Source of the DNA: Alphaproteobacteria bacterium
GTDB taxonomy: Bacteria > Pseudomonadota > Alphaproteobacteria > Caedimonadales > UBA1908
Assembly (NCBI GenBank): GCA_013911655.1
Contig: JACESU010000002.1
Location: forward strand, 330,112 to 394,111
DNA: 64,000 bases
Reading direction: 5' to 3'
Part shown: piece by piece, positions 38,705 to 48,600 of the stretch
How positions within the stretch are numbered: the first letter of the stretch is position 1
Layout of the letters: each line of letters starts with the position of its first letter
Notes under the pieces: model-generated
The model's input: only the letters and a program-made list of their open reading frames with translations
Database searches by the model: none
What the model was told of the DNA's origin: nothing
Translations under genes and position numbers: made by a program

Positions 38705-40276
38705 TTAGTTCTTAGCGTTTTTTTTGTCTTTTTTCTCCTGTTTTTTCTCGTCTTGCTTGTCATCCTTTTTCTCTTCTTCGAGAGAGAGGGCAAGATAACG
38801 AGGGCTGCCGCCCCGGTTTACAAGAAGAAGCAGTTGTTTTTTCTTATCTTTGCGAAGTTCTTCCACAAGCTTTTGCAGGTCATCACCTGTTTTTGGACGA
38901 AGCTTACGGCGCTCACTTGTGACTTCTACAATGAGATCACCAGGACGAAGTCCCTTTTCTGCGGCCTCTGAGCGTGGGTCAAGAGAAACAATCACCACGC
39001 CTGACGCTTTATCGTCTTCAATCCCAAAGCGTTTTCTTTGCTCAAGAGAAAGAGGCTTGATGGACATGCCAAGGACCATAGGTCCTTTGGAGGGGGTAGG
39101 TGTTTCTGCTTCTTCGTCTTCGTTGCCGATGAGGCCTTCGCTTTCAGCTTTTTCAAACTCACCCACGCTGATTTGCAAGGTGACTTCCTTGCCGTCACGC
39201 CATACAATGATGGGGACCGTTTTTCCAATATCAGTCTCACCCACAAGGCGTGGCAAGCTTCTTGATTCTTTGACCTCAACACCGTTGAATTTCAAGATCA
39301 CGTCACCTGTTTGAACGCCTGCAAGGCCTGCAGGGCTTTTGGGAGACGTTTCACCGACAAGGGCTCCCCATGGCTTTGACAGGCCAAGGCTAGACGCAAT
39401 TTCAGGGGTGATCCCTTGGATGCGCACACCGAGCCATCCGCGCTTTGTTTTACCAAACTCACGAAGCTGCCCAATAACTTGCTTGGCAAGGTCTGCGGGA
39501 ATGCCAAACCCAATACCGATGTTTCCACCGTTAGGTGAGAAAATCGCGGTACTAATGGCAATCACCTGTCCATCAACATTAAACATAGGCCCACCAGAGT
39601 TCCCCATGTTGATGGAGGCGTCGGTTTGCATGTAGCCGTCTACATAGTCGGCAAAGCTACCATCGCGTCCTGCTCTGGCGGAAATATCGCGCCCTAGAGT
39701 TGAGATAATGCCCACAGTGACGGTGCTGCTAAGACCAAAGGGGTTTCCGATGGCAATGATCCATTGACCGACTTCGGCTTTCTTTGAGTCACCCCAGGGA
39801 GCCGTTGTCACTTTTTTCTCGCATTCAAACTTCAAAAGGGCAAGGTCTGTGCGCGGGTCGCGTCCCACGATGGTGGCCTTAAAATCATCACCGTCATGGA
39901 GGGTGACTTTAATTTCGTCAGCGTCAGCCACCACGTGGTTACAGGTGACAACGTAAACGGTCTTGTCCTCTTGAGAAATAATAAAACCGGAACCAAGGGA
40001 GGATGATTTGCGGGGCTTAGGGCCACCGCCTTGCTGCTCGTCGAGGAACTGCCGAAAGAGCTCTTCTAGCGGATTGCCAGCACCACCGCCCATGCCAGGG
40101 AAACGCTTATCCGCGGAGGCTTCTGAAGTTGTTGAAATATTGACCACAGCCGGCAAAAGAGGTTTTACAGCCGAGGAGAAATCCTGAGGTGCGGCCTGAA
40201 GCGCCGGCAGGGCCGCCACGAGGGCGACCACAAGGCAAAGGCGCTTTTGCCATTTTTGAAGTATGTTGAGGGACAT
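38705..40276 (-). CDS. degP: Do/DegQ family serine endoprotease with two PDZ domains
   Basis: Signal peptide; GSGFII, TCNHVV, TDLAL and GNSGGP triad motifs; two PDZ domains. Confidence 0.93.
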   Translation of the reverse strand: MSLNILQKWQKRLCLVVALVAALPALQAAPQDFSSAVKPLLPAVVNISTTSEASADKRFPGMGGGAGNPLEELFRQFLDEQQGGGPKPRKSSSLGSGFIISQEDKTVYVVTCNHVVADADEIKVTLHDGDDFKATIVGRDPRTDLALLKFECEKKVTTAPWGDSKKAEVGQWIIAIGNPFGLSSTVTVGIISTLGRDISARAGRDGSFADYVDGYMQTDASINMGNSGGPMFNVDGQVIAISTAIFSPNGGNIGIGFGIPADLAKQVIGQLREFGKTKRGWLGVRIQGITPEIASSLGLSKPWGALVGETSPKSPAGLAGVQTGDVILKFNGVEVKESRSLPRLVGETDIGKTVPIIVWRDGKEVTLQISVGEFEKAESEGLIGNEDEEAETPTPSKGPMVLGMSIKPLSLEQRKRFGIEDDKASGVVIVSLDPRSEAAEKGLRPGDLIVEVTSERRKLRPKTGDDLQKLVEELRKDKKKQLLLLVNRGGSPRYLALSLEEEKKDDKQDEKKQEKKDKKNAKN

Positions 40277-40289
40277 AGGTTCTATCTCC

Positions 40290-41147
40290 TTAGTTACCTA
40301 AATGTTTAAAGAAAGCGCCGTCCTTGGTGATGACCATGGTCGTGTCTTCTGGACGAAGACTCTTACGGTAGGCCTCAAGGCTGCGATATAAATCATAGAA
40401 TTCAAGATCTTGTTGATAGGCATCCGCGTAAATCTTATAGGCAGTTGCATCTCCCTCACCGCGAATGATCTCGGATTTCTTGTTGGCTTCTGCCAATATT
40501 TCAATCTTTTGACGATCGGCGTCTGCACGGGTCATCTGAGCTTGTTCGTCACCTTCTGCGCGATACTGTTTGGCTTCTTGGCGTCGCTGGGTTTCCATGC
40601 GGCGGAAAATGGCTTCACTGTTTTCACGAGGAAGATCCGCGCGAATAATGCGCACATCTGTCACCTCCACGCCGAACGTTTGCGCTGATGCGACGACTTC
40701 TTGCTGGATTTCACCCATGATCCGTGTACGGTTTTCCGACAAAAGCTTTGAAAGGGTTACGCGCCCGATCACGCGCCTCATGCTGGCGTCCACAATGGTA
40801 CTAAGCCTGTTTTCTGCGTTGGGACGTGTTTGAACCTTTTTAAAGAACATCAGCGGATCTTTAATGCGGTAACGTGTATACATGTCGACGACCAACCGTT
40901 TTTGATCTCCGTCTGTCACTTCGATCACCGGGAGGTTGTAGTTTAAAAGGCGGGCGTCGTAAAAGATCACCGTCTGAATGAAGGGTATCTTCATTTTCAG
41001 GCCTGGCGTTTCATGGACCGCCACAAGCTCGCCAAATTGCAAGACGATAGCTTGCGCGCTTTGATGGACCGTAAAGAACACCTCGGACGCAAGAAACACG
41101 AGGCCCGCAAACAAGCCTGCGATGGGTAAAAGAAAACGTTGGGTCAT
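40290..41147 (-). CDS. hflC: FtsH protease modulator HflC
   Basis: TM anchor plus SPFH domain (PGLKMKIPF, DVRIIRADLP, YRSLEAY); downstream of hflK. Confidence 0.95.
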   Translation of the reverse strand: MTQRFLLPIAGLFAGLVFLASEVFFTVHQSAQAIVLQFGELVAVHETPGLKMKIPFIQTVIFYDARLLNYNLPVIEVTDGDQKRLVVDMYTRYRIKDPLMFFKKVQTRPNAENRLSTIVDASMRRVIGRVTLSKLLSENRTRIMGEIQQEVVASAQTFGVEVTDVRIIRADLPRENSEAIFRRMETQRRQEAKQYRAEGDEQAQMTRADADRQKIEILAEANKKSEIIRGEGDATAYKIYADAYQQDLEFYDLYRSLEAYRKSLRPEDTTMVITKDGAFFKHLGN

Positions 41148-42337
41148 GGCTTAACCCTTTCTGGTGCTTGAAGGACTTTGGCAAGGGGCGCTGCGGCGCT
41201 AAGCGCAGGCGTGGAATCTTCCACCGGCTTTGGCTCTGCAGGTTTGATGGCAGGCAGAGGCAGGTACGGGAGCACATTTTGGGCCCCAGCCGCCTTACCG
41301 TCCAAAAGCACCTTGTTCACACCCGTTAAAATGGTTTCCATATTCTCAAGGAGAAGGCGTTTTTTTGTGACGTCAGGTGCGCTTTTATACTTGGCAAGGA
41401 CTGCAAGGAAACGGGATGTTTCGCCAGTCGCCTTATCTACAATTGCACGCTTATAAGCATCCGCCAGCTGCGTAATCTGAGAGGCCTCTCCTCGTGCAAC
41501 AGGCACGACAGAATTTAGATAAGCTTTTGCCTCGTTCATTTTACTTTCTTTGTCAGCACTGGCGCGCTGAACGTCACGGAAGGCGTCTACAACCTGGGTA
41601 GGCGGGTCAACGCTTTTCAATTGGATGCGTTGAATTTGAATACCAGACCCGTAACTGTCGAGCATTTTTTGCAGGAGAATTTGTGCCTTATCTGTGATTT
41701 CTCCCCGTCCTTTTGTCAGGGCAAAGAGCAGTTTGTGCTGGGCAACAATTTCACGCACAGCGCTTTCAGCGGCGTCCTTAACAGCCAATTTAGGATCATC
41801 AATTTTAAAAAGATATCCTTCGAGATCCTTGATGAACCAGTGAACAGTAAATTCGATGGACACGATGTTTTCGTCTCCGGTCAGCATCAAATTTGCGCTG
41901 TTATCAGCCTTAAGAGCAACGTCAGACTTTACCTGAACGCCGCTATCCACCCGGTTGATTTGCTCAACTTTTTCAATAATAACAGATTCGATGGGATAGG
42001 GCAGGCGGTAGTTAATACCAGGCGTTGTGGTCTTGACCCACTTGCCAAAGCGAAGAACAGCTGCTTGCGCGCCTTCTTGAACCTGATAAAAACCAGAACC
42101 AAGCCAGAGGCCGCCCACGACAACGCCTAAGATGCCAAGGGCTTTTCCGCCACTTTGGCCCCCACCGCCCCCTCCACCAGATTTCGGGAAAATACGGCGA
42201 ATGTTATCCTGGCCTTTTTTGAGGATATCCTCAAAGTCAGGCCCTCCGCCAGAGCCGTTACCGCCTCCCCCATAGTTACCACCATTTCCTTTGGGTTTCT
42301 GGCCCCAAGGTCCCCCATTTTGATCATTCCAGGACAC
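41144..42337 (-). CDS. hflK: FtsH protease modulator HflK
   Basis: MSWN..GGPWG Gly-rich N-terminus, MLTGDENIV, VDAFRDVQRA. Confidence 0.95.
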   Translation of the reverse strand: MSWNDQNGGPWGQKPKGNGGNYGGGGNGSGGGPDFEDILKKGQDNIRRIFPKSGGGGGGGQSGGKALGILGVVVGGLWLGSGFYQVQEGAQAAVLRFGKWVKTTTPGINYRLPYPIESVIIEKVEQINRVDSGVQVKSDVALKADNSANLMLTGDENIVSIEFTVHWFIKDLEGYLFKIDDPKLAVKDAAESAVREIVAQHKLLFALTKGRGEITDKAQILLQKMLDSYGSGIQIQRIQLKSVDPPTQVVDAFRDVQRASADKESKMNEAKAYLNSVVPVARGEASQITQLADAYKRAIVDKATGETSRFLAVLAKYKSAPDVTKKRLLLENMETILTGVNKVLLDGKAAGAQNVLPYLPLPAIKPAEPKPVEDSTPALSAAAPLAKVLQAPERVKP

Positions 42338-42441
42338 GGTCTCTCCTTACCTGTAAGTACGTCATTAGCGCCTGCAGTTTATTTATTTATATGCTATACC
42401 CACTACAGGCGCAACGCGATTCATAGAAAAGCGAAGATCTT

Positions 42442-43527
42442 TTGTTGGATAAGGTGTTTCTTCCCCCCCAAGTACTGGACGCTTTGTCCTTGATTCAGGA
42501 CCCCGTGCGCCGTGTGCCCCTGAAAGAATGCGGCCGGCAGATGGAGGGCCACACCCAAGAAGACACATTCCAGCTGTTTATCGAGATTGCGTTTGAGGAG
42601 CAAAAAGCCTTTGAAGAAATTAAAAAAACTCTAGAGATGATTCTTTCAAAAGCGCTTCCTGGCCAGCGGGTGCAGGTCGCGTGGACTGCAAAGCGCGCCG
42701 CGCCAGAAGCAAAGAAACCGCCTCCCTCTCCCTTATTTCCGTTACCCCATATGAAGCTGATTGTGGGCATCACGTCCGCTAAGGGCGGGGTGGGTAAATC
42801 AACCCTTAGTTTGAACTTGGCTGTTGCCCTTCGTATGCTGGGGATCAAGGTAGGGCTTTTGGACGCAGATCTTTATGGGCCCTCACTCCCCACCCTTTTG
42901 GGGACAAAGGGTCCCGCGTCCACAACTGCCTCGGGTAAAATCGATCCTGTTTGGGTCGGAGGTATGCCCACTATGTCCATGGGGTTTCTGATCCCAGAGG
43001 GCCAGCCCGTATTGTGGCGTGGTCCCATGGTACAGACCGCTTTGAAGCAGTTGCTTATTGATGTTGCGTGGCCCGCCCTTGAGGTGCTGCTCATTGATCT
43101 TCCCCCAGGCACCGGCGATCTTCATCTGACCCTTACCCAGCGTGTGCCCTTAGCCGGTGTGGTAGTGGTCTCAACACCTCAAGAGGTGGCCCTTCAAGAC
43201 GTGCGGCGCGGCCTTGATTTGTTCGAACGCATGTCCGTGCCTTTTGTGGGACTGGTGGAAAATATGGCGACGTTTGTGTGCGCCCATTGCCACAAAGAAA
43301 CACCAATCTTTGGGGAAAAAGGGGGCGAGACTTTGGCCCACGAAAAAAAGATTCCGTTTTTAGGAAGCCTCCCTCTTGATCCTGGGATTGCGCGCGCTTG
43401 CGACAAAGGGGTGCCGGCGTTTATTCAAGAGGGGCTTTTGCCGGCGACAAAGCATGCCTACCAAAGCGTGGCAGCGGCTGTTGCCATGTGGGTCAGAGCG
43501 CGCCTTGAGCGTCAAGAGAACATGTAA
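42442..43527 (+). CDS. mrp: Mrp/ApbC (NBP35) Fe-S cluster carrier ATPase
   Basis: SAKGGVGKST, DADLYGPS, WRGPM, DLPPGTGD, ENM..F.C.HC. Confidence 0.93.
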   Translation: MLDKVFLPPQVLDALSLIQDPVRRVPLKECGRQMEGHTQEDTFQLFIEIAFEEQKAFEEIKKTLEMILSKALPGQRVQVAWTAKRAAPEAKKPPPSPLFPLPHMKLIVGITSAKGGVGKSTLSLNLAVALRMLGIKVGLLDADLYGPSLPTLLGTKGPASTTASGKIDPVWVGGMPTMSMGFLIPEGQPVLWRGPMVQTALKQLLIDVAWPALEVLLIDLPPGTGDLHLTLTQRVPLAGVVVVSTPQEVALQDVRRGLDLFERMSVPFVGLVENMATFVCAHCHKETPIFGEKGGETLAHEKKIPFLGSLPLDPGIARACDKGVPAFIQEGLLPATKHAYQSVAAAVAMWVRARLERQENM

Positions 43528-43647
43528 ATCACACTTACGTTTCTTTACGTGCAAAAGGGGAAAGCTGTCTTGCGATGCTCTTTAGAGCACGCCATAAAGA
43601 AACTTCAATAATAAGAGATGGGGTAACCTATCTACAAAAGGAAGAGA

Positions 43648-44418
43648 GTGCCTATGTTAGGATATGAAATGCAAGGAGCAGGTCATGAGGCCGTTATCAT
43701 GCTTCATGATTGGTTTTGTGATACAACAAGTTATGAGGTGATAAGGCCCTACCTTTGTCCTGATTTCACGTACTATTTTGTGGACGTGCGAGGATACGGC
43801 AAATCCAAAAATATCGAAGGACGCTTTAGCGTTGAAGAAATCTATAACGATCTGATGGCACTCATGGATCAGCTAGGCGTCAAACGCTTTCATTTGGTGA
43901 CCCATTCCATGACGGGCCTTGTGGCGCAGTACGCTGCCGTGATGGCGCCCGACAGACTTTTAAGTCTTGTGGCGGTGACCCCGACCCCTGCGTGTGGATC
44001 GTCTGGAATGCTTGAGAATATGGCCTTTTTCGAGGGGGCAACCCAGCGGGATCTTGGGGCTGCAAGGCAAATTGTGACGTTTATGACAGGTGGCCGGTAC
44101 CTGGGGCAATTCCTGGACTATAAGGTTGCCAGGTGGTGGCAGTGCTCTCTTGCCTCTGCCCGCCTTGGCTACTTGCATATGTATGTAAAGACAGATTTGT
44201 CCCAAAAAGTAGCAGGATGCAAAACGCCGCTTCTTGTGATGACGGGGGCCGACGACGTGCAGGGACACCGTGTGCAAGATATGAAGGATACCATTGGCAT
44301 GTGGTTTGAAAATGCGTCCTTCGTAGATCTTCCAGGATCAGGGCACTACCCCATGCAAGAAGTACCCCCTCTTTTTGCGGATACTCTTGAAGCTTATCAC
44401 AAAGCCAACAAAGCTTAA
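43648..44418 (+). CDS. Alpha/beta hydrolase
   Basis: LHDW oxyanion loop, DVRGYG.S, nucleophile elbow THSMTG, GHYPMQE. Confidence 0.88.
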   Translation: MPMLGYEMQGAGHEAVIMLHDWFCDTTSYEVIRPYLCPDFTYYFVDVRGYGKSKNIEGRFSVEEIYNDLMALMDQLGVKRFHLVTHSMTGLVAQYAAVMAPDRLLSLVAVTPTPACGSSGMLENMAFFEGATQRDLGAARQIVTFMTGGRYLGQFLDYKVARWWQCSLASARLGYLHMYVKTDLSQKVAGCKTPLLVMTGADDVQGHRVQDMKDTIGMWFENASFVDLPGSGHYPMQEVPPLFADTLEAYHKANKA

Positions 44419-44419
44419 A

Positions 44420-44460
44420 AAAGACACGAGGCGCTTAAAAATCAAGCGCCTCGTGTCTTT
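44420..44460. terminator. Bidirectional terminator between the hydrolase and tssA
   Basis: AAAGACACGAGGCGCTT-N7-AAGCGCCTCGTGTCTTT. Confidence 0.8.
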
Positions 44461-44508
44461 GATCCTTAAGCGTCCTGTGCTTTATGCCCAGACGTGTCCA
44501 CAGTCTTT

Positions 44509-45609
44509 TTAACTGCCTGTATGTTCACTCTTATGACTGATGCCCAAAAGCTGTAAAATTTGTCGGTAATCATTGGGGTCATGGACAATTTCTTGCATAA
44601 GATCGATGAGTGACATACTGCCCCAGGTAATGGCGCGCCGCACCAGATAAGGGGTCGGACTGTGGGGCTCGAGATGCGCGAGAAAATCAGCGGCCTCTGC
44701 TAGGCACTGATAAGCATCTTCTCTGCTTTTGATGGGGCCACTCATGCCACTTGTCCCTTTGCCTGTCATGGTTTTTCCTTTACTGTCCGAGGTGCTTTCT
44801 GTGGACGCGTCTGGAATCACTTCCCTGCGATCCTCAAGGCATCCATCGACGAATTTCAAAATTTCTTGCAAGGTTGTGCGAAGGCGTACTAAAAGTCCGT
44901 CATATCCCGTAAGTTTTGATCCCACAAGTTCTTCAAAAGAGCGGGCTTGCGTTAGACAGGTGCTGAGCTGCTCATGGAGTTTGCGGTAAAAAGAAGAAGG
45001 GGTGAGCGTTTGTGATCTTTTAAATTGTGCAAGGGTAAGCTCGCCCGTTTTTTCATGTTCTCTGGCAATTTTTGGATCGCGGCGGCCTAAGGTATCGTTT
45101 TGCTGAGCTTTAGCATAATCTGCAAAACTTAAGGATGTTTGGGCTATATCCGCGGGTTTTGTGATCGTGATAAAATAAAGGCGTTCCTCAAGCTTTTCAT
45201 TGATCCAAATGAGAGGTGATAGGCGGTACTCTGCGTCATCGGGTCTAAGTTCTGGATAAACCGAATCCCAAAAGGTAAAGGCCAAAAGCCGGCAAAGTTC
45301 AAGACCTTTGGCAAATCCTTCTATGCCGTATAGAACAAGCCAAGCTTCCGTCAGCCAGGCTGCAATTTGCAGGTCTTTGGTCTTTTCTTGCAGTGCCTCA
45401 AGGCAAAGCGCTTCAACCTTTGACCAATCCGCCTTCTTCAGATCTCTTTGCCAAATACCCTGGGGAAGCGAATCATCTTCATGAAATCTTGCCTCTCGAA
45501 TTTGATCATAAAGAGGTTCATATAAAAAGAACTTTCCTGACGGCTCCTTATCCGAAATAGGTCGCAGTAGGGCCTTCCAGACATTTTCACTTAGTTGAAA
45601 CTGTTTCAT
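44509..45609 (-). CDS. tssA: Type VI secretion protein TssA (ImpA)
   Basis: ImpA_N motifs LLRPIS..P.G, LPQGIW...LK.ADW, TKDLQIAAWLTEA; C-terminal SREDAY..L..EPHSP.PYL. Confidence 0.92.
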   Translation of the reverse strand: MKQFQLSENVWKALLRPISDKEPSGKFFLYEPLYDQIREARFHEDDSLPQGIWQRDLKKADWSKVEALCLEALQEKTKDLQIAAWLTEAWLVLYGIEGFAKGLELCRLLAFTFWDSVYPELRPDDAEYRLSPLIWINEKLEERLYFITITKPADIAQTSLSFADYAKAQQNDTLGRRDPKIAREHEKTGELTLAQFKRSQTLTPSSFYRKLHEQLSTCLTQARSFEELVGSKLTGYDGLLVRLRTTLQEILKFVDGCLEDRREVIPDASTESTSDSKGKTMTGKGTSGMSGPIKSREDAYQCLAEAADFLAHLEPHSPTPYLVRRAITWGSMSLIDLMQEIVHDPNDYRQILQLLGISHKSEHTGS

Positions 45610-45618
45610 GGCACTCTC

Positions 45619-48600
45619 CTAATCTTGTTTGCGGCGCTTTAAAGGCACAGGCTCTACCACTGGCGCTTCGTAAGGGAAGCGCGGCATGCCGATGCGTTTA
45701 AGCTCTGTCACCGTAAGGCCGTCTGGTCCCTCCAGCTGGGTTGTCACAGGAATGTGCATACTGAGTTGACAGAAGACACGTGTAGGCTCACTCTTTCGAT
45801 CCATCTTGAGAGGGGGCTCGCCTTGGTAACACGCTTTGTTATAAGCTGTTGGCACTAAAAACTCTAAAGTCAGAGGAGCTGGGGCCAAAGATTGATCAAA
45901 CTTACCTTCATCGGTTGCGTGCTCGCGCACAAGACGAATCAAAGCCCACCGCCCTTCGTACGAGAATATGGCATTGGGTCCGACCACATCTAGTGACGGG
46001 TTGCGAGGATCAGAAATCGGCACATTGTCAGAATCAAGCGCCCAGGTGAGATTTACATCTACAGGCGCACCCACGCGCCATTTGCCAGTCATCTCACTAC
46101 CTCTAAAATCGATTTGCCCTGTGCCAAAATCCATGGACCAGTCGATGATCTTGTTACCACCGCGTTCTTCCTTGCGGTTTGTGCGGAAGGCAACATCAAT
46201 CTTCACGTTCGGAATCTGCTTATCCGTTCCTTTATCAAGGGAGGCAAGCATCAAGGGTCTCACACTTTCGATCTTTGAGATAAAGGCAGCAAGAGAGTCC
46301 TTGGCCGCCGATGACCGTGAAAGCCTTTTGAGGATCTCGATGTCCTTGGTACTTAGACTGTCAAAGAGTTGGAAGAACGTGATCACGTCATCGGGATCAG
46401 CATCTGACTGTGCGTCTTGCTTGATGCGTTTTGTGAAAGGAAAGCGCCCAGCGAGGTTCACATTAAAGAACGTGGCTGCGCGGTTGTAGCGCTCAAGGGC
46501 TTTTCGACCCCGAAGCGTTTCGCAGCGATCCTGAAGAGAAGTCGCATAGCGATTGCGGATTTCAAGGAAGTAATCCCCGCCATCAAAATCATCAGCGTCA
46601 AGAGTACAGTTTTCCAAAGACAATTCGTTGATGTCATAAGTTAAGAATTGCTCAAGGATCTTGAGTGAATTCCCAGGCGATTGTTTCTCATAATCGCTTA
46701 GGATCGACGCGATATGACTCCATTTGGTTGCCAGGGGAAGATCGTAAGGCACATCTTCAAGGTAACCAAGACTAAGAAGCGTCAAGATGGGCTCTGCCAT
46801 TTCTTTGGCCAAGAATGCAATTTGAAAACGTTGGGCGGTGAGGTACGTGCGCATATCCGAGATGGTATGCACCCCAAAGGCTTTGAGCCCTACAAGCGGA
46901 GACCCATCCCACCATTCAAACGCTTCTTCTTTTGCATTATAGAGGTTATCGCTCTCAAGAAGTTTTTCAATACGCTCTAGAATGTCATAATTTTGTTTCA
47001 CAAGGAGTTCTCGCAGGACAACACCGTTGTTCACAAAGCCGCCGTTGTCATACATACCAAGGAGCTTTGTAAAATGGGGCACGGCTGCTGCCACATTTTG
47101 CACTTGAGCATGAAGGATTTCCTGTGCGCCAAATCCAAGAGAATTCAAAGGATTATCTTGGAATGTTTGGGCGTTGGCGATAAGAGCTGTCACAATGTCC
47201 TTGGTACTGTTAAGACCCACAATTTTAAAGAGATCTTGAAGATCAGCAAGAGCTGTCGGCAGGTGCTTTTGCAAATAGGATTGATAGGCATCAGCGTACT
47301 CTTCTGCTTTTTGAAGCGTATCCTCGTCCCAAAACAAAAGTCGCGCCCCGTCAAGCTTAGTAGACAAGGATTTTTTTCCAATGGTGATCATGAACTTTTC
47401 ATTGAGGTATTGGCTGAGAGCGTCAATAACGGCCACAAGACCCGGAGAAGGTTCACCCACAAGACGATTGTCAGCAATATTAAAGAAGGTGCCTGTCAGC
47501 TTTGTTTTCAGATCAGACAAGTGAAGCTTAAACGTTAAGAACTCACGGTCGGCAATGCGTGTGAGCTCAGCTGTCAAATCTGGGCCTAAAAGGTGAGAAG
47601 CCGAGATATCATTCTTCATCTGAACATAGCTTGGACTTGGTTCGAAAATTGTATTGTCAATCCAGGCAAGGTCTCCGCTGGCAATAATGTCAGCAACCGT
47701 GATGGCGCGTTCAGTTGTCTTACGCAAATCACCGGCATGGAGATGATGCAAGATTTTGGTGTCTTCCCAATTGGTGATGTCCCGCTTTAGTTTTTCAAAA
47801 AGTGGGAAGTTGCGCTGCACATCAAAGGACGTTGCAATAAAGTTCTTGAACAAAATTCCAAGCTTTTGACCGGCGGCCACTCTGAAGTGCGTTAGATCAA
47901 TGTTGCGATCAATAATGCGACTTAGCGCCCGTTTATAGTATTCTGTGTGGTTAAAAAAGTTCTTAGGAAGATCACGATTAAAAAGATAACGGACCAAAAT
48001 ACCTAGATTTTCGACACTGCTCGTGACGTCAAGCTCATTGAAGTTTGAAACTTGCTTTTCGAGTTGTACGACGTCACCAACATAGCCATCTAACGCTTTG
48101 AAGGCAGGAGAATAAGCAGGGTTCACGAAGGGGGTGCGCAGATCATTTTTATAATCAATATGGCCAATGGAGACGACTTCTTCTGCTTTTTTCAAAAGAG
48201 CTGAATACAGTGAAGGTAAAATTATGTGGTCATACCCGATGGTAAAGGCATCTTGGATATGATCATCAATGTTGCTGAACCAAGATGTCGGCATAAAAAA
48301 CGCAAAACTGCTGACAGGAGCAAGGTCAGAAAATCCTTCTAGAACAGAGTTTGCTTGTTGGTTGAGGTATTCTCGAAAGCGAGGGGTGTCTTGGTAGCCA
48401 CCCAGTTGATCGATGCCTTGCAGGGCGCTATCGATGCGTTTAAGACTCGGCATCAGGGTTTGGTTTCCAGATTCGATGTACCTGTAATTCTGCATGACAC
48501 CAACAATCCACCCTACGGCCACAACGACACTGGCAATTTTTGTAAAATTTAGAAGCCTGTTAGTGGAAAGAAGAATGCGACGCACGGGCCTTGCAAGAGA

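Noticed and set aside
43648-44418. Hydrolase next to tssA as a T6SS lipase effector
   Set aside because: It is on the opposite strand, separated by a terminator, with no immunity gene or effector marker domain
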